Positions 1-10,845 of a stretch of DNA of 33,000 nucleotides are shown here, piece after piece. This DNA comes from Antechinus flavipes (taxonomy: Eukaryota), in NCBI RefSeq assembly GCF_016432865.1, contig NC_067404.1, forward strand, positions 31,961,001 to 31,994,000. The letters are read 5' to 3'. Made by a program: the position numbers and the translations under genes. The notes beneath the pieces are model-generated. The model saw only the letters and a list, made by a program, of their open reading frames with translations. It was not told the DNA's origin and searched no databases. Each line of letters starts with the position of its first letter. Within the stretch, counting starts at the first letter, position 1.

Positions 1-1024
1 GACCCAGATGTGGGTCATTTGGGCAAGGGAGGTATCAAAACAGTTGCAGGATTATCTTGGAGTAATCCTAAAATCCCAGGGAACTCCCTGTGAGTGCTTT
101 TCTTCTCTTCCTTGGTGACTTTGATCTGATTTTACTTTCTGGGACTGCTTTTTTTCTTAACCACTTTGGGGACTGCTTTCATCAAGAGAATGTTAGATGT
201 GCTTTTATTAAAGGGATTCTTTATCCGAACCCTCAGGCTCTGTGTGATTCCAGGTGTGGAATCACAATGAAGACCCAAGTGGACAAGTTATGGGCACATC
301 CATGGGATGCTGCCCCTACCAGGACACGTTCTGGAAATGGCCAAGGTATAGGACCCTCCCCAAGCACGTGCCATGGGAGAGCCGCCTTTACAATTCCATC
401 TTCTGAGCATTCATTTTAAAAGTCAATGAATCCATCATGTATCCAACAATACCAAAAACTTCCATTGCTACATCTCCATCTCCATGTTACTTCAATAACT
501 CCTTCTTGTCAGCTTCTGAAAATCATGGGATTTTGTCCAGATGAAATGTTTTAACAAAGGCTCTAAAGTTTGCTCTAAGTAATTGCCTGGAGGCAATTGG
601 GATATTTGCTGAAGTGACCACTATGTTCTTTTTCTCCGGCTCAATACTCTTGTCCTTTTCTTGGCTACCCGAGAGACACAACCATCGAAAATGAGCAGGC
701 AGACTTTTCCTGGTTCCATCCAAATTTCCTGAAGTGATCTATTTTTAGGAAACCTTAATTTTACTATCTATCTCATCTATATTTCAGGATATATCTCTTC
801 TCCTTGCCTCCCCAGCAAACAATTCCTTGTAATAATGAAGAGAACAAAAATTCATTTCAACAAAGCACATCAACCATATCTGCCAATAAGTACAATAGTC
901 CACAACTAGAGCCCCCTGCCTTTGCCAAGAAGGACCAGAGTTCCATTTTCTAAACTCTTTTTCTGGAGCCACGCTTGGTCGTAATAATTACACAGCATTT
1001 AATTTCAGTTTGGTTTTTTTTCCA

Positions 1025-1375
1025 GTTACATCATCATATTGTATATATTCTTTTATGCTTATTTCACTTCTCACTGGTTTATGATCTTCCCATATGTCTT
1101 GGATTTTTTTATATTTGCTATTTCTTACTGTGCAATTATATTTTGTGACATTCACATGCCACAATTTATTCAGTTATTCCCCAACGCATGGGCATCTATT
1201 TGTTTCTAGTCCTCTGCTAACACAAAAACCGTACTAAGAATGTTTTGGCAAATGTGGAACCATTCTTTCTGGTTCTGACTGTCTTGGTACCCCCAAGGGA
1301 TTTGTGTGTCAGAGAGTATGAACCTCTTAGTCATTTTAAAGGCATAATTCCATATTGTTTTCTAAATGAGCTAAA
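1025..1375 (-). mobile_element. Old LINE-1 fragment (3' end of ORF2)
   Basis: cacatgccacaatttattcagttattcccc...gggcatcta...gcataattccatattgttttcta resembles the antisense of L1 ORF2 3' sequence; diverged. Confidence 0.6.
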
Positions 1376-2279
1376 CTGAATTGGTCTATTTTTATCAGGA
1401 CAATTCTTAGAAATCCAATCAGCAGTGATGAGCTCAGAAACATGACTGATTTCTTTTTCTTTAACATAGATTAGTCAAACCTACCCTGAAAAAGTGTTCT
1501 CACTACTCATTCCATCATGAACTTTGGAACAGCTGCCTATTTGCCCAATTCTCGTGTGTCCCCTAGAACACCATAGTCTAAGAGGAATTTAGGCCCTTTC
1601 CATTGGGACCAAATATATTTTCCATCAGAGTCAACAAAATATTTCTGTTGAGGTGTTTATTAGAAGCACACTTTTTTTTTAAAGGAGCCATTTTGCTTCT
1701 AGAAAATGCATGTTGATATTCATAAGCATTCCCTGTGATTCAACTGATAGCAGGACCTAAGAACCTACAATCTCAGAACTAGAAAAGAATCAGATTATTG
1801 GGGTTCAACAGGTTGGAATTATCCAAAGAGGAAATTATTTATTTTCTTCTTGAAAATGTCCACAGCATCTATCCATTGCTCATTCAAATGTTTGACCCGC
1901 ATATGATCACGGAAAATTCCTCTTCCACCTGAAATTTCCCTGCCTCAGAGTGTTGACAACTCAGTGGTTGCTGTCCCGGTTGGATACTATTGGAGAGAAA
2001 GTTGGGAAGGATACTTTAGGAGATTGTAAGATCCTTGACGGTAGAACTGTCAGTTTTCGTGTTAGTTCCTTGAATGTAGTAAGCACTTAAAAAACATTTG
2101 TTTTTTATTGTGAAATTGATGAAAAGGGGAAATAATCCACCAAATCCATAGGATTTTGAGCTAGAAGGAATGTTACAGGCCATATGGTCATGGGATCATA
2201 GTTCTAAAGCTGAGAAAAATAAACAAACTGGAAGGTTTTCTCGTCGTGGAAGCATACATCTAGAGCAGGAAGGAAACAC

Positions 2280-2480
2280 ATAGGCCATCTAGTCCAAACT
2301 CATTTTACAGAGAATCAAACTGAGGTCCAGGGTGATGAAGTGACTTTCTTAGGAATATACATCTAGAGCTGGAAGAGACACTCTGGGATATCTAGAGCAA
2401 CCTGCTCTAATTATAGAAGAGGAAACTGAGACCCAGAGAGATGATGTGAGTTGTCCAAGGTCATTGAGGTAAATAGGCTG
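2280..2480 (-). mobile_element. MIR-type CORE-SINE fragments
   Basis: catctagtcca...cattttacaga...aaactgagg...aagtgact and gaggaaactgagacccagagag...ttgtccaaggtca core motifs. Confidence 0.65.
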
Positions 2481-2489
2481 AGATTTAAA

Positions 2490-2707
2490 CTTTGGATAGA
2501 GTGCTGGGCCTGGAGTTAGGAAGACCCGAGTTCAAATCTTGCCTCAGACACCCAATAGCTGTGTGACCCTAGACAAGTTATTTAACCCTATGTGCCTCAG
2601 TTTCTTCATCTGTAAAATGAACTGGAGAAGAAAAGATCTCTGCCAAGAAAACCCCAAATACGGTCAAGAAGAGTCATATCTGACTGGAAATGGCTGAAAA
2701 ACAACAA
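2490..2707 (+). mobile_element. Mar1-like CORE-SINE
   Basis: tRNA-derived head (ggatagagtgctgggcctggagttaggaagacccgagttcaaatc), CORE (gcctcagtttcttcatctgtaaaatg), and RTE-like tail (ctggagaag...gccaagaaaacccca...ggctgaaaaacaacaa). Confidence 0.8.
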
Positions 2708-4158
2708 TGATCCCATGACTTAAAATCGAGTTCCCTTCCCTCTATACCATATTGCTTCTCTTTAATAAATATTTGTTGAATTGATCAATTTGTGAAGTGC
2801 TGTGAGATAGGTGGGGCAAGGATGATTATTATATCCATGTACTGAGGGCTACTTTCTTGTTACATGCTTAGAGCTGGGATCTGAACAACTATATGGATGT
2901 CATGGGTGTGGTAGAAGGGCTACTTCTAGCCACGTGTGACTCAGAGACTTGCACTGTGAGATGAGGAAGGTTCTCACTACTGGCCATGGAGCCAGAAGAG
3001 TCGATGACTTGGAATATATGGAGGGAAGCCTGTCCCCTCAGTTCTCTCTTCCTTTCCAACCATAAGTCTGCAGGACTGCTTCGAGCCATTTCTCAAGAGC
3101 TGGGCAAGGGAGAAGTTGCTGACTTCATTCCCTGACCCCCGTCACCATGCGTGTCAGCTAACATATATTTCCAGACTAGGTGAGCAATTGAGCTGTTCCT
3201 TCCATGTTTGCTCTTTTTGATTTCTGGTGTCTATTTCAACACGGACATGTCTGAGAGTAGAGGCAACCTTGAATGTTCAGGAGGTGGCGTTCTGGATTAG
3301 AGCTTAATAGAGACAGGGAAGGAGCTGGAAATTGTTCCAGGCTCTTAGAGAAGATGGCCACGGGCCAGAAGATTGGCTCAAGCTTAGCTATTTCCCCAGC
3401 AGATAGGTAAGGGGAATTGTTCGAACAACCTATTGTTGATCTGAGATGAAATGTAAACTGACAAACTAGTAGTCCTATAAACCCTTTAATGTTCTACTAG
3501 ATGGGGATATTTTGCCTTTCTTTTCACCTTTCTTTGTATCCCCAATACTTAATACAGTACTTGGCACTTAGAATGTGCTTAATTACTGATAGCTTAATTA
3601 CTTAATTAATTACTGATAGATTTACTCTATCAGTCTCCAAGATTCTAACAGGAGTTATAAGTTAAGATGCTGAATCCTGTTTTATTGGGGTCAAATGGGT
3701 TCTTGTAAGTGTTATGTTTAGTGTTTCTTTTGTAACCTCGACTGTCATCTTGGAGGTAAACGTATAATAGGGCCCAATTTTTATCATACTTTTGTTCTTC
3801 CAATGGTTGTTATAAAACGGCTTGATATTATGTCCCCAGTTAGAGAGCAAAACTCTACCAGTGGGATGGGGGAATGAACTCCCAACCCTGTTCTTGGAAA
3901 GATGCCCCTCTCCTGTTGGTTTCCATTGTGTCCTCATACCACAAACAGACACACCTGGCAATAGATGGACGGCCCCAACCACAAGTATTTCTAAAAAATA
4001 ATGTTAAATTTGGCGAACCTGCTCTTTAACACGATACATTTAAAAAACACAGAAGGGATATAAAGTTGGGGCAGGGTAGATCCTACCCGGCCTGGCTTGT
4101 TTCTCTCAGGACAACACTCAAGATAAAAGAGACACGCAGTTTACACGCCTTCGTCCAT

Positions 4159-4304
4159 NNNNNNNNNNNNNNNNNNNNNNNNNNNNNNNNNNNNNNNNNN
4201 NNNNNNNNNNNNNNNNNNNNNNNNNNNNNNNNNNNNNNNNNNNNNNNNNNNNNNNNNNNNNNNNNNNNNNNNNNNNNNNNNNNNNNNNNNNNNNNNNNNN
4301 NNNN
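4159..4304. other. Assembly gap (146 N)
   Basis: Run of N. Confidence 1.
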
Positions 4305-4994
4305 TGCCCCAGCTGTGTTACTGCCATGGGACAACCATCCCTTCCACATCTTCCAGGCTAGTCTCATGTTAATTTCCTCTCTTCCCAAACCGGGCAGAAC
4401 TACCCATCTCGGCAAGGTTTGTGGCCATTAAGTTTTTGGGTGCAGCTGTAATAGGGCCCCTGAGCCCAGCCCTTACGAATGAGCACAAGTTGCTGCTAAT
4501 ACAACACTGCAAATGGAATAAGCTGGGGAGCATGCTTCCAAGGGAGTTGTGATGAAGTGGAATGGAAGTGCTTGGGAGAGACTTTGCAGCAGTAGGAGCC
4601 ATTCTTTCAGTGGTGATAGAGCTAACCCCATGGCAAATATTTGACTGATTGGGGCTACATAATGGGAACTGGGGGTGCCTTCAAAAGGCACCAGCTGACC
4701 ACAACCTTGACTCTTTCTCTTTATGTGGCGTCTTCTTGCCTGACAGCATTCGTATGAGAGAAGCAAGCCAACGAACGCTTCCTTTAACTGAGGCAATAAA
4801 AATCCAGAAAGAGTTGGGCTTTGACCAAATCAAGGAAGGCTTGAGTAAAGGCAGAATTGAATTTTGGAAAAACCACAAATATAAAGCTATTTGAAAGTAC
4901 TATCTACATCCTGGATAGACTTCTGACTCACTGTTTATCTGGAAAAAGACAAAAGATAGTAGACTTTGACTAATGCCAGCATTCAATCCAGTTC

Positions 4995-5335
4995 CAGAAT
5001 TCCATCGTTCAGTCATTTTTTAGTCATGACTGACTCTTCATGACTCCTTCTTAGGGTTTTCTTGGCAAAGATCCTGGAGGGGTTTACTATTTCCTTCTTT
5101 AGCTCATTTGACAGATGAGGAAACCGAGGCAAATTGGATAAAGTGAATTGCTCAGAGTAACACAGCTAGTAAATATCGGAGACCAGATTTGAACTTGTGG
5201 AAATGAATCAAACAGGATTAAGTGACTGGCCTAGGATAACATGGTTGGTAAGTGTCTGAAGCCATATTTGAATTTAGGTCTTTCTAATTCCAGGCCTGGC
5301 ACTCCATCCACTGAGCAATCTAGCCACTCCAAGGA
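4995..5335 (-). mobile_element. Mar1/MIR-type CORE-SINE(s)
   Basis: gttcagtcat...ttttcttggcaaagat...gatgaggaaaccgaggc...cacagctagtaa...gatttgaac, followed by a second head fragment. Confidence 0.7.
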
Positions 5336-5521
5336 TCCCATACTCGGATTTATACACTGGCAGTGATACTACCCACCCACCTTGCTGGATAGCAGTGTGA
5401 CAGAGGTGACAAGTATTCAGTTGAAATATCAAGAGTTCTCTAGTCTTGCTGGAGATAGGAAATTCTAATAAAGTGTAAGTAAAGTGAAAACATTCTTTCT
5501 ACAAGGAAAGAATGATGAACT

Positions 5522-5650
5522 GGTATATATTTATTAATTTATTATTAATTATATTATTATTATATAATATATAATATATGGTATTATATTATCTATAAAT
5601 TAGTATATAATTAATTAATTTGAAATAAATTAAAATATTTATTAATACTA
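5522..5650. repeat. AT-rich low-complexity tract
   Basis: Almost exclusively A/T (tatatatttattaatttattatta...). Confidence 0.85.
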
Positions 5651-5679
5651 ACACTGGCTTCTTCACTCAAGTGAAAGCA

Positions 5680-5920
5680 AGGATGTTTAACAAATGTTTA
5701 ACAACCAGGTCTTGGGGGAGAATATACCCATGATATACTTTTAATCTACATTTCTTACATCTTATTCATCACTTTCTTGTCTAGATAGTCAACAAATCAC
5801 TAATATATCAAACGCCCCTTTTGGAACATTTGCCAATTTCTGAAATGCAAATGACCACAATGAAAAAATTTAACAATCATCTCTCTAGAGCCAGTCTGAG
5901 CTGACTCCAACAAGAGTCTG
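5680..5920. mobile_element. Possible old hAT MITE (MER63-like)
   Basis: aaatgtttaacaaccagg near the left end and aaatttaacaatc...gagccagtctgagctgactcca near the right end resemble MER63-type subterminal motifs. Confidence 0.4.
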
Positions 5921-6267
5921 AGCTAATATTTGCTACTATTTGCTAAAGCAACGGATCTAAGGAGGGAAGACAACGAGCAGCTGTGTAAGCATATTCAAGC
6001 CACAGAAAAGACTAAAAAATACTTATTTTGGAAATCTCAGCCTAGAAAGCTGTCTTTCCTGGGTGAACATAAGCATTTCAGGGTCAAGATGGATCACCTG
6101 GTATGCTTCTTACCTGGTACCCCAGCTCTCAGAGCTCACAGCAGGTTAATGATATGCTGATGATATGCAACTGCTTAAACTCTCAGAGAAACTTATGGCC
6201 AAATGGATCATCAGACAAGAGAGCTGATCTGAACTAGAGACAATGCACTTCACCAAACACCTAATAG

Positions 6268-6492
6268 CAGTTAGGTAGATAGAGGGATGGGCCTGGAGTC
6301 AAGAAGACCTAAGTTTAAATCCAGCCTCAAATAGTTGTGTGAGCTTAGGCAAGTCCCTTAATTTCTATTTGCCTCAATTTCCTTAACTGTAAAACGGGGA
6401 TAATTGTAGCACCTACCTTGTTGTTGTAGGGATCAAATGAAATACTTGTAAAGCAGCTGGAACACAGTAGGTGTTATATAAATGCTTATTCT
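6268..6492 (+). mobile_element. MIR-type CORE-SINE
   Basis: Head ggcctggagtcaagaagacct, CORE gcctcaatttccttaactgtaaaa, L2-like tail acacagtaggtgttatataaatgct. Confidence 0.8.
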
Positions 6493-6718
6493 CTCCCCCC
6501 TACTCTTCATCTCACCCCTCCCCCAAAAGACCATAAGGATGTAAAGGTCAAATTTTCAGATAGACATAATTGGCTGATACCAGGATGGTAGCGAAGTGAT
6601 TTTATTTCTGTTTACTGGTGAAGACATATTTAAGACTGATACCAAGATTAAACTGGTCACAGCCACGGAGACAGGGAATACGGCCAATCAGGTGCTAAAG
6701 CTAGAGTGGGCAATCACA

Positions 6719-7230
6719 GAAGATATATGCAGAAGAAGTTACCAAGAATGGTGATCTACAAGAGTTATGGAAACATGACTCGGGAAAAGCAAGTTTTCCC
6801 AATGACAAGATTTTGAGCGAAATCCCCAGACTATGGGAAGACTGGAAGTATTAGCTAAACAAGATGATGAGTTCATAGATTGATCAGTAATGACGACCTG
6901 ATGTTGCATTAAGAATCGCACGACTAACTTTTTGATCACCAAAAGGAAATGATGACCTTTCATGGCATCCTCGATAAAGAAGGAAAACATGGTCTGTTGG
7001 CAGATGAGATGGGGTTGAGGAAGACTGTTCAGATCACTGCTTTTCTTTCTGCTGTGCTCATTGATGAATTTGTGAAGTATGTTCTGCAGATCATTTCAAC
7101 CAGCCTCATTAGAACACAGACAATAAAGAATTCAAGAATGAGCTAAACTAGAAATCGAAATAGGATTCAGAGGAAGAATAGAATAGCTGTTGCAACATAG
7201 CAAATTTTAAGCAAAAATTGGTAGTGACTT
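6719..7230 (+). pseudogene. ERCC6L: Degraded ERCC6L (PICH) fragment covering the N-terminal region and SNF2 ATPase motifs I/Ia
   Basis: Frame-corrected translation EEVTKNGDLQE..FPNDKILSEI / EVLAKQDDEFID* / LMLH*ESHD*LFDHQKE...GKHGLLADEMGLRKTVQITAFLS...VLQIISTSLI / TRNRNRIQRKNRIAVAT*QILSKNW**L aligns by eye to recalled human ERCC6L KEATKNGDLEE..FPNEKVLSRI..EELAEQGDDEFTD..LFEHQKE..GGILADDMGLGKTVQIIAFLS..TRNLNRIQQRNGVIITTYQMLINNWQQL. Multiple stops (e.g. 6881, 6910, 6925, 7144) and frameshifts. Confidence 0.88.
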
Positions 7231-7547
7231 TTCCAATCTGAGCATACTCTTGAGGATCAGGTTCAATGCAGTGTCCCACTGAAATAGAAATCAATTGCCT
7301 GCCTCATACCTGAGTCACTGAGTATCTTGTTTTCTTATCCTCCTCCCTTTGTATAAGTAATAAATGTGAACTAATAAGTAAAACGGTGTATAGGGAGCCA
7401 GTGAGTGTGAGACATAAAGAGCAAATGAACATGAAAACAAAGAGCCTAATCCTCTCATTGAAGAAAGGTTCCTCTCTAGACTGGACCTGGTCTAAACTTG
7501 ATAGCCTGGGTTCCCTTAATGGAGAAGTGAGTGGTGTCTCCTCTATG

Positions 7548-7741
7548 CAAAGCTTCTTAAATTGTGGGTTGTGACCTCATATGGGATACTATAACTGAAT
7601 GTGGGGGTCATGAAATTATGATTTATTATCAGTAAATGTTTTCTTTGTATATCTATTTTATATCCCTATATATTTAGGGTTGTGTAAACATTTCTCAGGT
7701 GGAAAGGGATCACAAATGGAAAAAAAGTTTAAGAAACCCTG
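7548..7741. mobile_element. Non-autonomous hAT (Charlie-type) MITE, copy 1
   Basis: TIR-like ends caaagcttcttaaattg ... aagtttaagaaaccctg; degenerate 8-bp flanks ctctatgc/atctatgg (6/8). Confidence 0.7.
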
Positions 7742-8197
7742 ATCTATGGGATCAACAGAGGTATCTCCAGATTAGATATACCCATTTTAGAGGTCATAAG
7801 ATAGAAGCACAAAGGGTAAAGAGACACAACCACATTCACCAAGCGTCAGCCGAGAATATAGCTCTGGTTTTCTCATTCAAGCTAGCATTTTAGCCTGACA
7901 CCATGTTTCCTCTCCTATATAGCTCTTCTTTAGAACATCGCTTAATTTTCCTTACATTTCCTCGTTATTTTTCTTCTTCTCCAGAGCAGAAAATTGAAAC
8001 AGGTTGAGACAGATTCTTGGGAACCATTGTTGCTGACCAAAAACAGTGAACTCCACCCCTGCTACGGGCACAAGCCCAAAAACTTGAGAGAAGCATAGTC
8101 GAGGACGATGGCATGATTAGGGGCTCTGGGAGTCGATGGAAATTGTTCATAGAATATATATGGTACACACCCATGAGTTTACGCACCACCCCTTAAA

Positions 8198-8379
8198 CAA
8201 GGCTTCTCAAATGATTTCCACTCAAGATCCCTTTTTGCCCAAGAAATTTTTACATGATCCCGGGCATAGAGGTGTATAAAATAGGTAGACAAAGGAAACA
8301 TTTACTGATAAGAAATCATAATTTTGTGACCCCCACATTCAGTCATGTGATCCCATAACCCATAGTTTAAAAAGCTTTC
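8198..8379. mobile_element. Non-autonomous hAT MITE, copy 2, inverted relative to copy 1
   Basis: Ends caaggcttctcaaatg ... agtttaaaaagctttc; perfect 8-bp direct repeat ccttaaac at 8191-8198 and 8380-8387. 8289-8346 is the reverse complement of 7591-7648 at 53/58. Confidence 0.75.
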
Positions 8380-8759
8380 CCTTAAACCACCTTGATGTTA
8401 GTGTCCCCTCTGTTATGACTTCCGACTGAGCATATATGTATATGTGTATACATGTGTATGTGTACGTGTGTACACCCCCCTATCTTGTCTATAATTGTTT
8501 GTGTGTCCCCCGGGAGATTGTAAGATCCTTCAGGTCAAATCTGTTTTTGCCCTTTTTTTGTATCATCAATGCTTATGTTGCCTGGTACCATTTTGTTGAT
8601 GGACAAAATCACCTATTTATCAATGCGGACATCTTCACTTATACTTGCTCTTACCCAAATAAGTACACCTCCTTAGAGAAGTGACCATAGAGGCTTGAGA
8701 GGGGTGGGAATTGCCTGTCAAAGGTAAGTATATATTTTGTTCAAATTTCTTTAAGTTGG

Positions 8760-9099
8760 ATAATGAAGAGAACCAGCTACACCCAGCGAAAGAACTCTGG
8801 GAAATGAGTGTGAACCACTACACAGCATTTCCACTCCCTCTGTTTTTGTCCACCTGCATTTTTGATTTTACCTTATTTCAAAGTCCGATTCTTCTTGTGC
8901 AGCAAAATAACCGTATAAATATGTATCCATATATTGGATTTAACATATACTTTAACATATTTAACATGTATTGTTCTACCTGCCATCTAGGGGAGGGGGT
9001 GAGGGAAGGAGGGGAAAAATTGGAACAGAAGGTTTTGCAATTGTCAATGCTGAAAAATTACTCATGCATATGTTTTGTAAAAAAAAAAAGCTATTAAAA
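8760..9099 (+). mobile_element. 5'-truncated, relatively young marsupial L1 (3' UTR and A-tail) with target-site duplication
   Basis: gaagagaaccagctacacccagcgaaagaac...ggggagggggtgagggaagga...catgcatatgttttgtaaaaaaaaaaagctattaaa resembles dasyurid L1 3' ends. The direct repeat tttctttaagttgg flanks it at 8746-8759 and 9104-9117. Confidence 0.8.
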
Positions 9100-10109
9100 T
9101 TTTTTTCTTTAAGTTGGGAGTGCGGACTTTTGACATTGGAAAGAATGCCTCAAAAGTACACAGCAGGGATGATATAGCGAGGCCTCATGGAGACACAGAG
9201 GAGAGGAAAGTGGGCCTGCCTTTAGCTCTGGGCTACACTGGTCCCTGCTTCTAGCCCCCTCCCACACTTCTCCTGCCAAACCAGGAGGAAGCGAAGGATT
9301 GGCTACTGAAAGGAACAACACAGAGTAGGGAGAACAAATGGGGCTGGAACTTCATGGTAAACCATAGGAAGCTGGAGAGAGATGACTAGACTGGGCCAGC
9401 AGCTACTGCAATCTGGTCCGTAGTGCCTTTTTCCTTCTTGTTCTCTGGGGTGGGGGGCAGCCCTCCACCTGCCTGTCTAATTATTTAGTTCCTGTTTCTC
9501 CTTTGGTTATGGCTAATCACACAGCTAGTCTCAACTGTTTTATTGAGGCCATCGTGTCCTACAAGCAGGATCCTGCTCCCTAAGGTGCTTATTTACGTTT
9601 TCTTTGCTCCTTTTTTAAATTAAAGCTTTTTATTTTCAAAACATTGTCTTTGTTTCTTGGAGCAACTATTAAAGTGCACGATTATCTGCAACGATTTGTG
9701 TTCGGCACTATAAGAATGTGGTTGGGGACCAAGAAAGGTTTTCCTCAGCTCAGGCGGAGTGGGGACTGAGTCAATTAGAGAGAGAATTTCTTCAGTCTTG
9801 GTAATCTCTGGGATTTCTATACACCAGCCTGCTTGTGACTACAGAAGAGATTCTTATTTGATCAATAAATTAATCAATTTCATTTATTAAAGCACCTACT
9901 AAGCGCCAGGTGCTGTGATCCTCCTTGGATATGTAAACACAAAAGCAAAATCACATCAACTAGCTTATGTATTACTAGACAGAAATAACATCAACCAATT
10001 TACCAAAAAAATGTATTAAGCATCCACTATGTGCCTGGCATTGTGCTAATCAAAAGTGAAATAGACCCTGACAGAAACCCAGAGGGTCTTCTCTCAGATT
10101 GATTTTTTT

Positions 10110-10411
10110 TGACTAGATAAAAGAGGGCATTTCCTGCCTTATTTCTTACCTAGCACTGAATGGGTGTTGCCTCAGACAAACTGAGATTTGTTAAAGATGC
10201 CAATTTAAAAAGGCCAAGGTCTCTCACTGCATCCAAAATCATCTCCAGTCATCCTGATCAATATCTGGTCACTGAACCCAGAAGGCTATAGAGGGGAAAC
10301 TGAGGCAGATGACCTTGCCCAGCCCTCCCTTACTTAGCTGCAATTCCCTTGAATGTCATGGCATCCCCTCCCTGATGCCCTCCTTGAGAATGAAGGACAA
10401 AGAACAACAAC
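10110..10411 (+). mobile_element. RTE-related marsupial SINE / RTE 3' fragment
   Basis: gaatgggtgttgcctcagacaaactgaga...aaggccaaggtctctcactgcatcc...tccttgagaatgaaggacaaagaacaacaac; the (CAA)n tail is typical of RTE-mobilised elements. Confidence 0.6.
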
Positions 10412-10467
10412 TAACACCTCAACAATTGCTTACATAAATAATATTTAGGTAGTTAAATAGTGATAAA

Positions 10468-10510
10468 TAGATAGATAGGTAGGTAGATAGACAGACAGAC
10501 AGATAGATAG
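10468..10510. repeat. (GATA/GACA)n microsatellite
   Basis: tagatagataggtaggtagatagacagacagacagatagatag. Confidence 0.85.
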
Positions 10511-10511
10511 A

Positions 10512-10745
10512 TGTTGTTCAGTCACTTTCAGTCATGTCCAACTGTTCATGACTCCATTTGGCGTTTTCTTGGCAAAGATTCTGAAGTGGCTTGCCATTTC
10601 CTTCTCCAGCTCATTTTACAGATGAGGAAACTGAGGCAAACAGGGTGAAGTGACTTGCCTAGGATCACACAGCTAGTATCTGAGGACAGATTAAAACTTA
10701 GATCTTTCTGACTCAGGTGTAGCACTCCATCCATTCTACCATATA
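10512..10745 (-). mobile_element. Mar1-like CORE-SINE
   Basis: gttgttcagtca...ttttcttggcaaagat...ccttctccagctcattttacagatgaggaaactgaggcaaacaggg...cacacagctagta. Confidence 0.85.
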
Positions 10746-10754
10746 GCTCTCCTA

Positions 10755-10845
10755 GATGGATGAATGAATAGATAGATCTATAGATAGATAAGTAGATAGA
10801 TAGATGGATAGATGGATAGATGGATGGATGGGTGGATGGATAGAT
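10755..10845. repeat. (GATA)n/(GGAT)n compound microsatellite
   Basis: tagatagataagtagatagatagatggatagatggatagatggatggatgggtggatggatagatgg. Confidence 0.85.

Noticed and set aside
1420-1450. C/D-box-like motifs (gtgatga...ctga)
   Set aside because: The boxes are only about 15 nt apart, far too close for a snoRNA.
4066-4431. ORFs spanning 4066-4431, and likewise 12179-12602
   Set aside because: They are open only because they run through N gaps.
8711-9097. 128-aa ORF
   Set aside because: It lies within the L1 3' UTR sequence; no protein resemblance.
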